A program made the position numbers and the translations under genes. A stretch of 64,000 bases of DNA from Rebecca billardiae RCC1528 (Eukaryota; Protista; Haptophyta). Under the pieces are notes generated by a model. It ran no database searches. It had not been told where the DNA came from and saw nothing but the letters and a program-made list of their open reading frames with translations. Shown one piece after another: positions 44,310 to 56,165 of this stretch; the first letter of the stretch is position 1; every line of letters begins with the position of its first letter. The stretch is from the NCBI GenBank assembly GCA_965240325.2, contig OZ251235.1:1674001-1738000 (forward strand), given 5' to 3'.

Positions 44310-46331
44310 CTAGAGCGCATTGTCATTCCATCCAATCATGAGTAGTGCGTCCAATCTAGTCCAAGTGCGCGGCAACCCGCGCGAGGCGTGTGAGGTCGAA
44401 CGGCCCAGATCGCGTAGGTACGGGCCTAGCTCCAAGCGCGCCGGAACCCGCGAGACGCTTGAGGTCCCATGGCGGCCGCAGCGACAGACTGCGGCGATCA
44501 GCGCGGCGGCGCTGCCGAGGCCGGCGAGCAGCAGGATGGTATCCCACGCGCTGTGCCACGGCGTGACGTGCGCGGCATCGCAGTCAGCGGGCTGCGCCGT
44601 CGCACCGGCTGCCTGCGCGCGCTGGGACCCAGCCGCAGCCGCCTCGGCGGCAGGCCGTCCCGCGGCGCTCTCGTGCTCGCGCACCGCCGGGCTGCCGCCA
44701 GCCTGGCTCGGCTCGTCCGCTGGGGCGGCGCACAGCAGCGACAGGCCCAGATGAGTGAGCAGCCCACGCGGCGCGCCGCCCAGCTGCGCAGTGCCCGAGG
44801 GCCTGCCGCCGCACGGCTGCACCAAGCGCGAGCTGCGCGCGTGGTCTGCGCGCACGACGCGCACGCGCGGGAGCGACGGCACGCCCACAGGCTCGTAGTA
44901 GTCATCCCCAACGTCCCGCAGCAGCTGCATGCCGAGGCCAAGGGCGGCGCACGACTGGCCGCACACGTACACGCCACCGTCAGCGTCGACGAGCGCTGCG
45001 TATGAGCCTGCGCTCGAGGCGCTCACGATGTGCCTGGGCGAGTCCAAGCGCGCGGGCGTGTGGGCGTACCGATCGAACGTCCCGAGCTGCCCACACTCGC
45101 CGCGGCCCCACGAGAAGGCGAAGCCGTCGGCGCTGACCGCAAACGCGGTGCCTTCGCCCGCGCACGCGCGCACCACACACACGCCCTCCAGCGCGCCGCG
45201 CACGCGCGTGGGCCACGTCGCCTCCTCCACGCCGTGGCCCAGCCCGAGGGCCGCGGTCTCCTCGTTCGCGCCGAATGCGTACAGCGCGCCCAGCGCGTCG
45301 ACTGCCAGGCTGTACGAGCTCGCCGCGCTCACGTGCACGATGCGCACGCCCGCCAGCGCCTCGACTCGCGTGGGCACGCTCACGTGCGCACACGACGCGC
45401 CGAGCCCGAGGTGCGTGCCTGCGTGGCCGAACGAGTACAGCGCGCCCGCGGCCGAGAGGGCGAGGCTGTGGAAGTGGCCCGCCGCGAGGCCGACGACGCG
45501 CACGCCCTCGAGCGCCCTCACAGCGCGCGGCGAGGGGCAGCCACGCGTGCGCTCTGGGCCGAGCCCCAGCTGGCCTTCCCGCCTGCGGCCCCAGCCAAAG
45601 ACGTGTCCGCTCCGCGTGAGAGCGAGGGAGTGCAGCATGCCCGCCGCGACGCAGACGACGTGCACCTTGGCGAGTCCGGCCACGCGTGTCAGCTCGGGCA
45701 GCCAGAGCGAGCTGTTCGCCGAGCCCACGCCCAGCACGCCCGATCGGTTCAGCCCGGTCACGTACACGCCGCCCGCCTCACAAGTGGCGAGCAGGTGGTG
45801 CACGCTGGCGGAGACGGAGAAGATGCGCACGCCCGGGGGCAGCGGCACCGGCCGCGGCACGCGTAGCTCGTGCCCATCCAGCTCCTCCGCGGTGCCCAGA
45901 TGCGACGGCTGGGAGATCGTCGGGAGGGCGTCGATCGCCTCGGGGTACGTCCTCACCGCGCCGCACGTGCGCAGCGCGCCATCGGCGCACACGAACGCGC
46001 TCAGGGCCCACGTGACGCCGGGCAAGCCCTCGCGTGGGCCCTGGCTCGCCGTCGCAACCACGCTCGCGTGTGCGCACGCGCCGCGCCACACGCGCTCACG
46101 CCCGAGCAGGACCTCCGTCCACGTCGAAGCGCCTCTCGGGAGCACCGCGGTGTGCAGGCCATGCCCGCGCGCGTGCTGCCGCACGCGCAGCGCGCGCTCG
46201 ACGGGCGAGGGCTCGCCTGCTCCGCCCCGAAAGATGCGCGACGCCGCGTTGGCGCACGCGACGTCCTCAACGTCGTCGAGAGTGCAAAGGATGTGCTCGA
46301 TCAGCACCGACGGCAGGTCGGTGAGCGCCAT
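44310..46331 (-). CDS. F-box-like plus RCC1-repeat protein
   Basis: LTDLPSVLIEHILCTL N-terminus; repeated VAAGxxHSLAL...[WF]GxxxxGQLG. Confidence 0.75.
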   Translation of the reverse strand: MALTDLPSVLIEHILCTLDDVEDVACANAASRIFRGGAGEPSPVERALRVRQHARGHGLHTAVLPRGASTWTEVLLGRERVWRGACAHASVVATASQGPREGLPGVTWALSAFVCADGALRTCGAVRTYPEAIDALPTISQPSHLGTAEELDGHELRVPRPVPLPPGVRIFSVSASVHHLLATCEAGGVYVTGLNRSGVLGVGSANSSLWLPELTRVAGLAKVHVVCVAAGMLHSLALTRSGHVFGWGRRREGQLGLGPERTRGCPSPRAVRALEGVRVVGLAAGHFHSLALSAAGALYSFGHAGTHLGLGASCAHVSVPTRVEALAGVRIVHVSAASSYSLAVDALGALYAFGANEETAALGLGHGVEEATWPTRVRGALEGVCVVRACAGEGTAFAVSADGFAFSWGRGECGQLGTFDRYAHTPARLDSPRHIVSASSAGSYAALVDADGGVYVCGQSCAALGLGMQLLRDVGDDYYEPVGVPSLPRVRVVRADHARSSRLVQPCGGRPSGTAQLGGAPRGLLTHLGLSLLCAAPADEPSQAGGSPAVREHESAAGRPAAEAAAAGSQRAQAAGATAQPADCDAAHVTPWHSAWDTILLLAGLGSAAALIAAVCRCGRHGTSSVSRVPARLELGPYLRDLGRSTSHASRGLPRTWTRLDALLMIGWNDNAL

Positions 46332-49300
46332 GAGTTCGAAGTTGAAAGTGCAGGCCGTTCGACTGCTCACCGTCGTCGCGACTCTTTGTCGCGACCAACA
46401 GGGGTGCCTCAAACCAAGGGAGTCAAGGGTGCCCGCGCCCCAGTGGCGCGCTCGCCGGATGTGAGGATACACCTTTTTGCCCGCGGCCTGCGGCGGGCGG
46501 CGGCGAGGGCGTGCTCCGCTGGCGGGGCGAGCGCACGGGGCACGGCGCTGCGGGCGCGGATGTGCCCGCGAAGCCGGCGCGTGCAGACGGGCTGTTGCGG
46601 GAGAGTATTCGGCGCCGCGCGACTTGCGCCACGCCTCTTTCGCCTCGGCTCAGAGCAGCGCGCACGCACGCGCCGCCTCAAGGCCAGCCTTGCCGCGCCG
46701 CAGCCGGCCGCGCGCGCGCCGTGCGCGGCGCGGTCGGGAAGGAACGGGCGCTGCTGCCGGGCGAGATGGCAAAGGCATGTGCGCACGCCATGCCGCCCCG
46801 CGGCGCCTTGATGAGCGTGTCGTCGGTCTGTTTGCATGCCTCTTCGACTTGTCACAAATGGTGTGCACGGCTGCGCGGTCGTGACCCTTGTTGGGACGAT
46901 CATTGAGACACAGAATAGTGCCAGACGGGCACGCGGGCTACTCTTACATGCATGTTCATCACCGCGTGTTCATGTAGAAGTGCTGGGTGCGACGCTTTCC
47001 TCGCGCTGATGCTCTTTCATCATCTTCTGCGAGCTCAGGTCTGGCTTCGTGCACGACAAGTGATCAGCACTCGTCAACAGCTGTGCGGATCCGTTCTCGT
47101 GCTCTTTCGCGGCGCCGCGGGGCGGCATGGCGTGCGCACATGCGTTTGCCATCTCGCCCGGCAGCAGCGCCCGTTCCTTCCCGACCGCGCCGCGCACGGC
47201 GCGCGCGCGGCCGGCTGCGGCGCGGCAAGGCTGGCCTTGAGGCGGCGCGAGCGTGCGCGCTGCTCTGAGCCGAGGCGAAAGAGGCGTGGCGCAAGTCGCG
47301 CGGCGCAGGAGGGCGCCGAATACTCTCCCGCAACAGCCCGTCTGCACGCGCCGGCTTCGCGGGCACATCCGCGCCCGCAGCGCCGTGCCCCGTGCGCTCG
47401 CCCCGCCAGCGGAGCACGCCCTCGCCGCCGCCCGCCGCAGGCCGCGGGCAAAAAGGTGTATCCTCACAAGCGGTCCTTGTTCCTTGTTCGCCGCATGATT
47501 GTAGTATGTTATGCCCACTGCTACGCAGTCACCAGATCGGCGACGTCGTCGACAGTTGGGATACCTCCAAGTGGAGGCCCGAGTGGTTGCAGCCCACTGT
47601 GCCACCAGGGTACTTGCGGCTGCGACGTGTTTGCCGCGCTGACGTTCCCCGCACACAGTAACCGCCCACCCGGGCGCGGACGCACTGCCCACAGTGCCGC
47701 CCGCGAGCCAGGGGCCCGCCGTCTCGGACCGCCAGCCGAAGCGCATGCGCCGGACCGGAGCTGCAACTACGCAGGGCCCTGCGCAGAGCCCCAGCCGGCC
47801 ACCTTGTACAGCAGAGGTGGTAGGAGCACATCCTGCACAATGCAGGGAATTCCGGCTCGGGCAGACTGCCCCTTCTGCATGCTGCTGCAGGAAACCGTGC
47901 GCCGACTGCCGCACGGGCGACTGCCGCACGTCCAGCATTGCAGGAAAGCAGCGGCTCCAGCCAAGCCGGGCAGCTGCCCCGTGACCTGCAGCAGGAAACC
48001 GCGCGTGCCGGTGTAACGAGCAGGCTCTGCTGCATGCTGCAGCGACCTCGGTCTGCAGAGGGCTTGCTGGGCTCTTGACACGAGGCACGAGGCACGATGC
48101 TCTCCAGCTGGCGTCTTGGCCAGCAGCATCTGCACCTGCTGCGGCCTGGCGGGCCGCTGGGGGAGGGTCGTAGCAGAACCCCCTTCCTGTGCCAGCTCCG
48201 AGAGCCTCAGGTCTGTCGTTCAGTGCGAGTGCACGACCCTGCACGGGCTCCAGCGGCCTGCGGGCCGGGTTCCGCGCCGGCTGGGCTGCTGCCCCTTCTG
48301 CACGCTGCAGGAAAGTCGCTCGGGCTGGGCTGCTGCCCGTCTGCATGAGCAGGAAGGCAGCTCGGGTTGACCGCCCCTTCTGCATACTGCTGCAGGAAAT
48401 CACATATGCCTGTGTTGCCTGGCCGCTGCCTGCGGGTAGTGGCGCCTGCTGCGTGTTAGCCCCGGCAAGGCGAGTGCGATGTGCCGCGCCGTCTAGGCTG
48501 CGGCCCCTTGTGCATGCTGCAGGAAAGCAGCTCGGGCTGGCAGCTGCCTGCGGGCAGCGGCGCCTGCGGAGTGCTAAACCCTTACACTGCGAACGCGATG
48601 TTCCGCGCCGGCTGGGATGTGGCCCCTTCTGCATGCTGCAGGAAAGCCGCTCAGGCTGGGCTGCTGCCCCCTCTGCATGCTGCAGGAAAGCCGCTCGCGG
48701 GCTGGCAGCTGCCTGCGGGCAGCGGCGCCTGCGGAGTGCGAAGCCTTTGACACGCCGAACGCTATGTTCCGCGCCGGCTGGGCTGCGGCCCCTTCTGCAT
48801 GCTGCAGGAAAGCCGCCCGGGCTGTACACGGCTACACGCCCACGGCGAGCGCGAGTTCCGCTCTGGCTGGGATGCTGCCCCTTCTGCATGCTGCAGGAAA
48901 GCCGCTCGGGCTGGCAGCTGCCGGCGGGCAGCGGCGCCTGCAGAGTGCTAAGCTCTTGACACTGCAAGCGCGATGTTCCGCGCTGGCTGGGCGGCTGCCC
49001 CTTCTGCATACTGCAGGAAAGCCGCTCGGGCTGGCTGCCCTTCTGCATGCTGCTGCAGGAAATCGCATCACAATGATGCCTGTTTTGTAAGGCTGCTGCC
49101 TGCTGGCAGTCGCGCTTGCGGCTGCGGTTTGCTGAGCCAGGGGCTCGACACTGCCAGCGCGATGTGCAGCGCCGGCTGGGCAGCTGCCCCTTCTGCATGC
49201 TGCAGGAAAGCCGCTCGGGCTGGCGGCTGCCTGCGGGCAGCGGCGCCTGCGAAGTGCTAAGCCCTCGACACTGCGAGCGCGTGTTCGGCGCCGGCTGGGC

Positions 49301-49784
49301 TGCTGCCCCTTCTGCATGCTGCAGGAAAGCCGCTCTGGCTGGGCTGCTGCCCCTTCTGCATGCTGCAGGAAAGCCGCTCTGGCTGGGCTGGGGCCCCTTT
49401 GCATGCCTCAGTGCTGCAGGAAATCACACATGCATGCCTGTGTTGCCTGGCAGCTGCCTGCTGGAAGCGGCGCCTGCGGAGTGCTAAGCCCTTGACACTG
49501 CGAACGCGATGTTCAGCACCAGCTGGGCTGCGGCCCCTTCTGCATGCTGCAGGAAAGCAGCTTGGGCTGTACACTGCAAGCGCGAGTTCCGCGCCGGCTG
49601 GGCTGCTGCCCCTTCGCCTGCTGAAGGACAGCCGCTCCGGCTGGGCTGCTGCCCCTTCAGCATGCTGCAGGAAAGCCTCTCTCGGGCTGGCAGCTGCCCG
49701 CGGGCAGCGGCGCCTGCAGAGTGCTAAGCTCTTGACACGGCGAGCGCGAGTTCCGCGCCGGCTGGGCTGCTGCCCCTTCTGCAT

Positions 49785-52700
49785 TGTCGAAGGGAATGAA
49801 GAGCCCGAAACGACTGAGCTAAATCGGTTCGCGCCAACCGATTTAGCTCAGTCGTTTCGGGCTCTTCATTCCCTTCGACATAACCGTAAGTCTCCTGTGG
49901 GACACCCCGCGAGGGGCTGTAGTCCCGTCCAGTGTTCTGACGGATTTGTTGTCGAGGTTTTTCTCTCCCCGCCTGGTCTTTCCCAGGTGTTCCACCCTGC
50001 GTGCTCGTCTGCTCTGTGGCTTCGTAGAGACTCCGTCTTTTGTGGGCGGTGAGCCCTTCTTTGCTGCTGTGGCTTTGTGAGGCTCTTTTTGTGTCTTTGT
50101 TGTTCACCCGGGCGACTGTACCCGGAGGTTGCGCGTCGCGGACCGTGCTCGTTTTTTCTGTCGTCGTCTTTCTTTGTCGGTCATCTTCTTCGTGCTCCCC
50201 TCTTTCGTTCGTCTTTTTGCCGACTCCTCGCTTTTCATTCCCCCCCGGAGCCGCGAGGCTCTCGCGAGGTCGAAAGCGCTTCGCGTGAAAGGCCAAGAGT
50301 TGCCCGCGTCGGTCGGTCGCTGGATTCGAACAGGTGACTTTACGGTTGACAATGCTGGGAGAACTTGGGCAAGGATGGAGACGACGAGAACAGCGGCAAG
50401 GACGTGAACGGCCATCAGCCCGCCCCAGTTGCTCCCCTCATTGGGTTGAAGCCAGGCGTGGCAGAGCGCGCGGCATTGCCGCGCTGCTCATCGGCGATCG
50501 CGCGCAAGCGCACGCCAGACTACCTCGCCGCTGCCCTGAGGGGCATGCAGGCTGAGAAGAACCGGCAAGGCGAGAAGCTCACGCTTCTCCGCAAGCCCAT
50601 CTCCAGCGCCTCCGGGCCTGGCAACATCGCTGACCTGAACTCAGGCAGCATCGTGTCGTATGCGCGCAATGCTGCATCGCACGCAAGGCCTCGAGCCGAC
50701 ATCAAGGATCACCTTGAGGAGGAGGTTCGCGCACAGCGCGGTGAGGAGGAGCGTTGCCGCTCGCATCCCCCGCCATCGCGCCACTCCATCCGCACGCACG
50801 TCGTTGCGCAGGGGATCTCAACAACTACCGCCCGGGACTCTGCGCCCGCGAGCGCGGTTCAAGAGCGCGCGGCTGAGAGCCCGCAGCTCAAGGAGTGCCT
50901 TGCGGCCTCCGAGTCATCGAACGAGGTCACCGAGCGTTCCGGGGCAGATGTAGCGCTCGACGCTGCTGCCGCTGATGCCGCTCCGACCGTCGAGGCCCTC
51001 GAGCCTGCCAACGCTGCTCGGCGTGCTGGCCTTCTGGCCGCCGCCAATGACAGCGCGGTCGTGACCGCAGTCAGTCTGCAGCCTCGCTCGCACGACTCTG
51101 TGTCTGAGTCTGACCGATCGAACGATGACATTAACACCGATGAGTGCGACGCAAACGACCTGTATGGTCTGGCAGAGCAAACTATGCTCCAAGATGCTAC
51201 GACACGTGACTCTGTCACAGCGAGCTCAAGCATCAAGTCAGCGGCCGCATTTATTATTGATGCGCCTGACCCAAACAAATACGTTTACCCCAAAATTACC
51301 AGCCTCACGATGGCTTCCGAAGCCGAGCTGCTCGCCACGAGCGACACAAGCAGCCGCGAGATGACCGCCGCAGAGACGGCAGAGTCCTCGTCTGGCACGT
51401 ATCGACTCGCGTCGAACGTAGGAAGCGCATGCGATGCAGGGGGGGCATCATACACCTGCTTGACGGCAAAGCCGCAGCAAAACCAAGTTGGCGAGCGCGA
51501 CGCGCGTGCGCATGCATCAGCTGCGTCAGCCATCACAACGCCACACTCTTGCAAGGAAGAGTATTCCGCCGAAGCTGCCGCGGATGCACATGCATCACCG
51601 CTGGACAGAACGAGCGTGAAGAAGCCCAAAGAAGGCACCACAGCCTCGACGAGGGTCACTCCTCGCTCGAAGGTAGAGCGCGAATCGCCACAGAGCGCGC
51701 GCGACACATCGACCAATGCACTTGAGTCGAAGAAACGTGACTGGATAGTCATCGAAGGAGGAGTCACAGACTCTAATCCAACCAAGAAGGAACGTGTGTT
51801 CATGGCACGCGAATCCTCGGCAGGAGTGGATACACCCGCCACACACAAGCTGACACAGTCGGCTCTGAAATCCAAGCGCGCGGTACACAGCGCGATACGG
51901 GATGCACTCGCAGAAGTGAGCACCTACTACAAGGGCAAATCCTCAGATGTCACACCGGACATAATGGAGCCCAAGGATAGCAAGCTATCCGGCTTTCAAC
52001 TCATTGCCAAAGACAAATGGGTGAAAGACGCAGCCAAAATCGATCCATACAAGGCTGACAACGCTGACGCCAACAAGATCGGATCGGTCTACGATCGATC
52101 TGCGGCAGCGATATTCAAGCAGCTGAAGGACTCTATCGAGCCTCAGTTATTCGCCTATCTGGAATCGAAGCTGCACATCAGCGATCCGAACAAGAACTAC
52201 TTGGATCTGGCGCTGCTGCTACAGATATTTGAGCGCGAGCTCAAGATCACAACTATGTCCGAACTCAGGGATGAATTCCTGAAGTTATACCCGACAAAGG
52301 TGTCGCCCATTGGCGCATCGGACATTATCAAGAAATCCGTCGAGCAAGTCCGCTCATCTCGATATGGGAATCTGGACGATGCTACGATGTTGGTCTTCAA
52401 GCTGTATAACAGCATGCACGACCATCCCCAAGTCTACGAGTCAGTTATCTCGCACTTCGGAGCGCTCACGCCCGAGCAATGTGTGGATAACACTGACCAG
52501 ATAATGGCCCAGATGGAAGATGCCTACAAACGGCACGGCTCAATGAAGCTACTCCATCAGAACAATACCAAGGGGAGAGAGACCGAAAATTATTCCAAGA
52601 TACGCCAAAATGCTGATTATCAGCAAGGCACGCGGCGACGCGGTGACTTTGAGGGCGCCGAAGTCTTCGCCGCTCAGGCCCAAAAGGCTCCAGCCAATGG

Positions 52701-53869
52701 CGAGAGCGGGCCGAATATCTCGGACACCGGCAAACGGTGCACTCACTGTGGTCTCAAGAACCATACTGCCCAGCAGTGTTGGAAGCTCCACCCAGAGCTA
52801 CGCCCCAAGGCCAACAATTACAACAAAGGCAAAAACAAGGGAGCCAACAAATTTCCCAAGGAGCGTATCCATTTCCTGGATATTCCTGCTCCGGATGCCT
52901 ATGATTGACTATCAAGGCAGGGCATGACCCAATAACAAGGTCCAAAATCAAGGCCAAAGAGTGAACACATGGTGCAAATAAGCCCAGGACTGACTCGGGT
53001 TACCCAAAACCGTCACACGGAAGTCCCAGCAAATGACCCGTATCCTGGCATTGGCAACCATTACTGACTCCAATTCACTCATGCACACAGATGCACAAAC
53101 AATACCATGCCCAAAATCACTCATAATCCAAGCTTAGTCCTCACAGACGAGCGCATATTGGATTGAGGGGGGGGGGGGGGGGGGTGTCAAAGGAATCGCC
53201 AATCTACAGTGATTTCCAATTTCCAATCCAACATTTTACTCGCAGTCACACAGTGGCGGCGCGACCGCTGCGGCGGCGCTCGCACAAAATCCTCCAAAAT
53301 CGACACAACCGTAAAGTCACCTGTTCGAATCCAGCGACCGACCGACGCGGGCAACTCTTGGCCTTTCACGCGAAGCGCTTTCGACCTCGCGAGAGCCTCG
53401 CGGCTCCGGGGGGGAATGAAAAGCGAGGAGTCGGCAAAAAGACGAACGAAAGAGGGGAGCACGAAGAAGATGACCGACAAAGAAAGACGACGACAGAAAA
53501 AACGAGCACGGTCCGCGACGCGCAACCTCCGGGTACAGTCGCCCGGGTGAACAACAAAGACACAAAAAGAGCCTCACAAAGCCACAGCAGCAAAGAAGGG
53601 CTCACCGCCCACAAAAGACGGAGTCTCTACGAAGCCACAGAGCAGACGAGCACGCAGGGTGGAACACCTGGGAAAGACCAGGCGGGGAGAGAAAAACCTC
53701 GACAACAAATCCGTCAGAACACTGGACGGGACTACAGCCCCTCGCGGGGTGTCCCACAGGAGACTTACGGTTATGTCGAAGGGAATGAAGAGCCCGAAAC
53801 GACTGAGCTAAATCGGTTGGCGCGAACCGATTTAGCTCAGTCGTTTCGGGCTCTTCATTCCCTTCGACA
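49785..53869 (+). mobile_element. Gag-only copia-like element with 564-bp inverted terminal repeats; TSD TGCAT
   Basis: TGT...ACA ends. 49785-50348 is the reverse complement of 53306-53869. A PPT (TTGAG+poly-G) precedes a 3' LTR at 53185-53869. Confidence 0.9.
50350..52908 (+). CDS. Ty1/copia-type Gag-like protein, 5'-truncated
   Basis: C-terminal CTHCGLKNHTAQQCWKLHPELRPK zinc knuckle. The frame is open up to the inverted-LTR junction and no pol follows. Confidence 0.8.
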   Translation, partial: QCWENLGKDGDDENSGKDVNGHQPAPVAPLIGLKPGVAERAALPRCSSAIARKRTPDYLAAALRGMQAEKNRQGEKLTLLRKPISSASGPGNIADLNSGSIVSYARNAASHARPRADIKDHLEEEVRAQRGEEERCRSHPPPSRHSIRTHVVAQGISTTTARDSAPASAVQERAAESPQLKECLAASESSNEVTERSGADVALDAAAADAAPTVEALEPANAARRAGLLAAANDSAVVTAVSLQPRSHDSVSESDRSNDDINTDECDANDLYGLAEQTMLQDATTRDSVTASSSIKSAAAFIIDAPDPNKYVYPKITSLTMASEAELLATSDTSSREMTAAETAESSSGTYRLASNVGSACDAGGASYTCLTAKPQQNQVGERDARAHASAASAITTPHSCKEEYSAEAAADAHASPLDRTSVKKPKEGTTASTRVTPRSKVERESPQSARDTSTNALESKKRDWIVIEGGVTDSNPTKKERVFMARESSAGVDTPATHKLTQSALKSKRAVHSAIRDALAEVSTYYKGKSSDVTPDIMEPKDSKLSGFQLIAKDKWVKDAAKIDPYKADNADANKIGSVYDRSAAAIFKQLKDSIEPQLFAYLESKLHISDPNKNYLDLALLLQIFERELKITTMSELRDEFLKLYPTKVSPIGASDIIKKSVEQVRSSRYGNLDDATMLVFKLYNSMHDHPQVYESVISHFGALTPEQCVDNTDQIMAQMEDAYKRHGSMKLLHQNNTKGRETENYSKIRQNADYQQGTRRRGDFEGAEVFAAQAQKAPANGESGPNISDTGKRCTHCGLKNHTAQQCWKLHPELRPKANNYNKGKNKGANKFPKERIHFLDIPAPDAYD

Positions 53870-55975
53870 TGCATACTGCACGAAGGCCGCTCGGGCTGGC
53901 TGCCCCTTCTGCATGCTGCTGCAGGAAATCGCACCACATGCCTGTTTTGCCAGGCTGCTGCCTGCAGGCAGCCGCGCTTGCGGCTGTGGTTTGCTGAGCC
54001 AGGGGCTCGACACTGCGAGCGCAATATGCCGTGCCGGCTGGGCAGCTGCCCCTTTCTGCATGCTGCAGGAAAGCAGCTCGGGCTGGCAGCTGCCTGCGGG
54101 CAGCGGCGCCTGCGGAGTGCTAAGCCCTCGACACTGTGAGCGCGTTGTTCGGCACCGGCTGGGCTGCTGCCCCTTCTGCATGCTGCAGGAAAGCCGCTCT
54201 GGCTGGGCTGGCGGGGCCCCTTCTGCATGCCTCAGTGCTGCAGGAAATCACACATGCATGCCTGTGTTGCCTGGCAGCTGCCTGCGGGCATCGGCGCCTG
54301 CGGAGTGCTAAGCCCTTGACACTGCGAACGCGATGTTCAGCACCAGCTGGGCTGCGGCCCCTTCTGCATGCTGCAGAAAAGCAGCTCGGGCTGTACACGG
54401 CAAGCGCAAGTTCCGCGCCGGCTGGGCTGCTGCCCCTTCGCCTGCTGAAGGACAGCCGCTCTGGCTGGGCTGCTGCCCCTTCTGCATGCTGCAGGAAAGC
54501 CTCTCTCTGGCTGGCAGCTGCCGGCGGGCAGCGGCGCCTGCAGAGTGCTGAGCTCTTGACACGGCGAACGCGAGTTCCGCGCCGGCTGGGCTGCTGCCCC
54601 TTCTTCATACTGCAGGAAGGCCGCTCGGGCTGGCTGCCCCTTCTGCATGCTGCTGCAGGAAATCGCATCACAATGATGCCTGTTTTGTAAGGCTGCTGCC
54701 TGCTGGCAGTCGCGCTTGCGGCTGCGGTTTGCTGAGCCAGGGGCTCGACACTGCCAGCGCGATGTGCAGCGCCGGCTGGGCAGCTGCCCCTTCTGCATGC
54801 TGCAGGAAAGCCGCTCGGGCTGGCGGCTGCCTGCGGGCAGCGGCGCCTGCGAAGTGCTAAGCCCTCGACACTGCGAGCGCGTGTTCGGCGCCGGCTGGGC
54901 TGCTGCCCCTTCTGCATGCTGCAGGAAAGCCGCTCTGGCTGGGCTGCTGCCCCTTCTGCATGCTGCAGGAAAGCCGCTTGGGCTGGCAGCTGCCTGCTGG
55001 CAGCGGCGCCTGCGGAGTGCTAAGCCCTTGACACTGTGAACGAGATGTGCCGCGCCGGCTGGGCTGCTGCCCCTTCACCGCGCCGGCTGGGCTGCTGCCC
55101 CTTCACCTGCTGAAGGAAAGCCGCTCGGGCTGGGCTGCTGCCCCTTCTGCCTGCTGCAGGAAAGCCGCTCGTGGGCTGGCAGCTGCCTGCGGGCAGCGGC
55201 GCCTGCGGAGTGCTAAGCCCTTGACACTGCAAGCGCGTTGTTCGGCGCCGGCTGGGCTGCTGCCCCTTCTGCATGCTGCAGGAAAGCCGCTCTGGCTGGG
55301 CTGCTGCCCCTTCTGCCTGCTGCAGGAAAGCCGCTCGTGGGCTGGCAGCTGCCTGCTGGCAGCGGTGCGTGCTGAGTGCTAAGCTCTTGACACGGCGAGC
55401 GCGATGTTCCGCGCCGGCTGGGCTGCTGCCCCTTCTGCATACTGCAGGAAAGCCGCTCGGGCCGGCTGCCCTTCTGCATGCTGCTGCAGGAAATCGCATC
55501 GCCTGCGGCTGCGGTTTGCTTAGCCAGGGGCTTGACACTGCACGTGCAATGTGCCGCGCCGGCTGGGCCGCTGCCCCTTCTTCCGCATGATGATGCAGGG
55601 AAGCCGCTCGGGCTGACTGCACTTTCTGCATGCTGCTGCAGTAAATAAGGCACGCCTGTGTTGCTTGGCAGCTGCCTGCTGGCAGCTGCGCCTGTGGTGT
55701 GCTGAGCCCTTGGCACTGTGAGCGCGATGTTCCGTGCCATTGCAGGGCAGCTGCCCCTTCCTCTGCATGATCGATGATGCAGGAAATTAGCTCGGGCTGG
55801 CTGCCCCTTCTGCCTCCTGCTGCAGGCGATCACGCATGCCTGTGTTGCCCTGCAGGCAGCTGCCTGTGGGCAGCGGCGCCTGCAGCTTGCAGGGCCCTCG
55901 AAACTGCGATCGCAGTGGTTCCTTGCCTGATTAGCGGCTTTGCACAGCCGAATGCCAGCGTCGGTTGCAACTTGT

Positions 55976-56165
55976 GACTCCGACCCGTCATCGCTCCGAC
56001 CCGTCATCGCTCCTCCGACCAGTCATCGCCTTGCCACTCTCCGACCTCAAACCCCCACCTTCGACCTGGAAGACTCGCCCTGCCTCCGACCCGTCATCGC
56101 GCTCCGACCCGCCATTGCGCCTCCAACCAGTCATCGCCTCACCACTCTCCGACCTGCCTCCGATG
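55976..56165 (+). repeat. Short degenerate repeats (CTCCGACCCGTCATCGC)
   Basis: Several imperfect copies visible. Confidence 0.75.

Larger units (their letters stand above)
47860..55900. repeat. Complex degenerate repeat body (CCCCTTCTGCATGCTGCAGGAAAGCCGCTCGGGCTGG modules), interrupted by the gag element
   Basis: Dozens of module copies, with higher-order block duplications (e.g. ~49040-49380 vs ~54640-54980). Confidence 0.9.

Noticed and set aside
46952-49784. Long ORFs (e.g. 742 aa) in the repeat body, also 53163-58600
   Set aside because: Translations of GC-rich repeats or LTR sequence with no domain motifs.
49785-53869. Ginger or Polinton DNA transposon
   Set aside because: No integrase or polB. 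The copia-type knuckle, PPT and 5-bp TSD point to an LTR origin.
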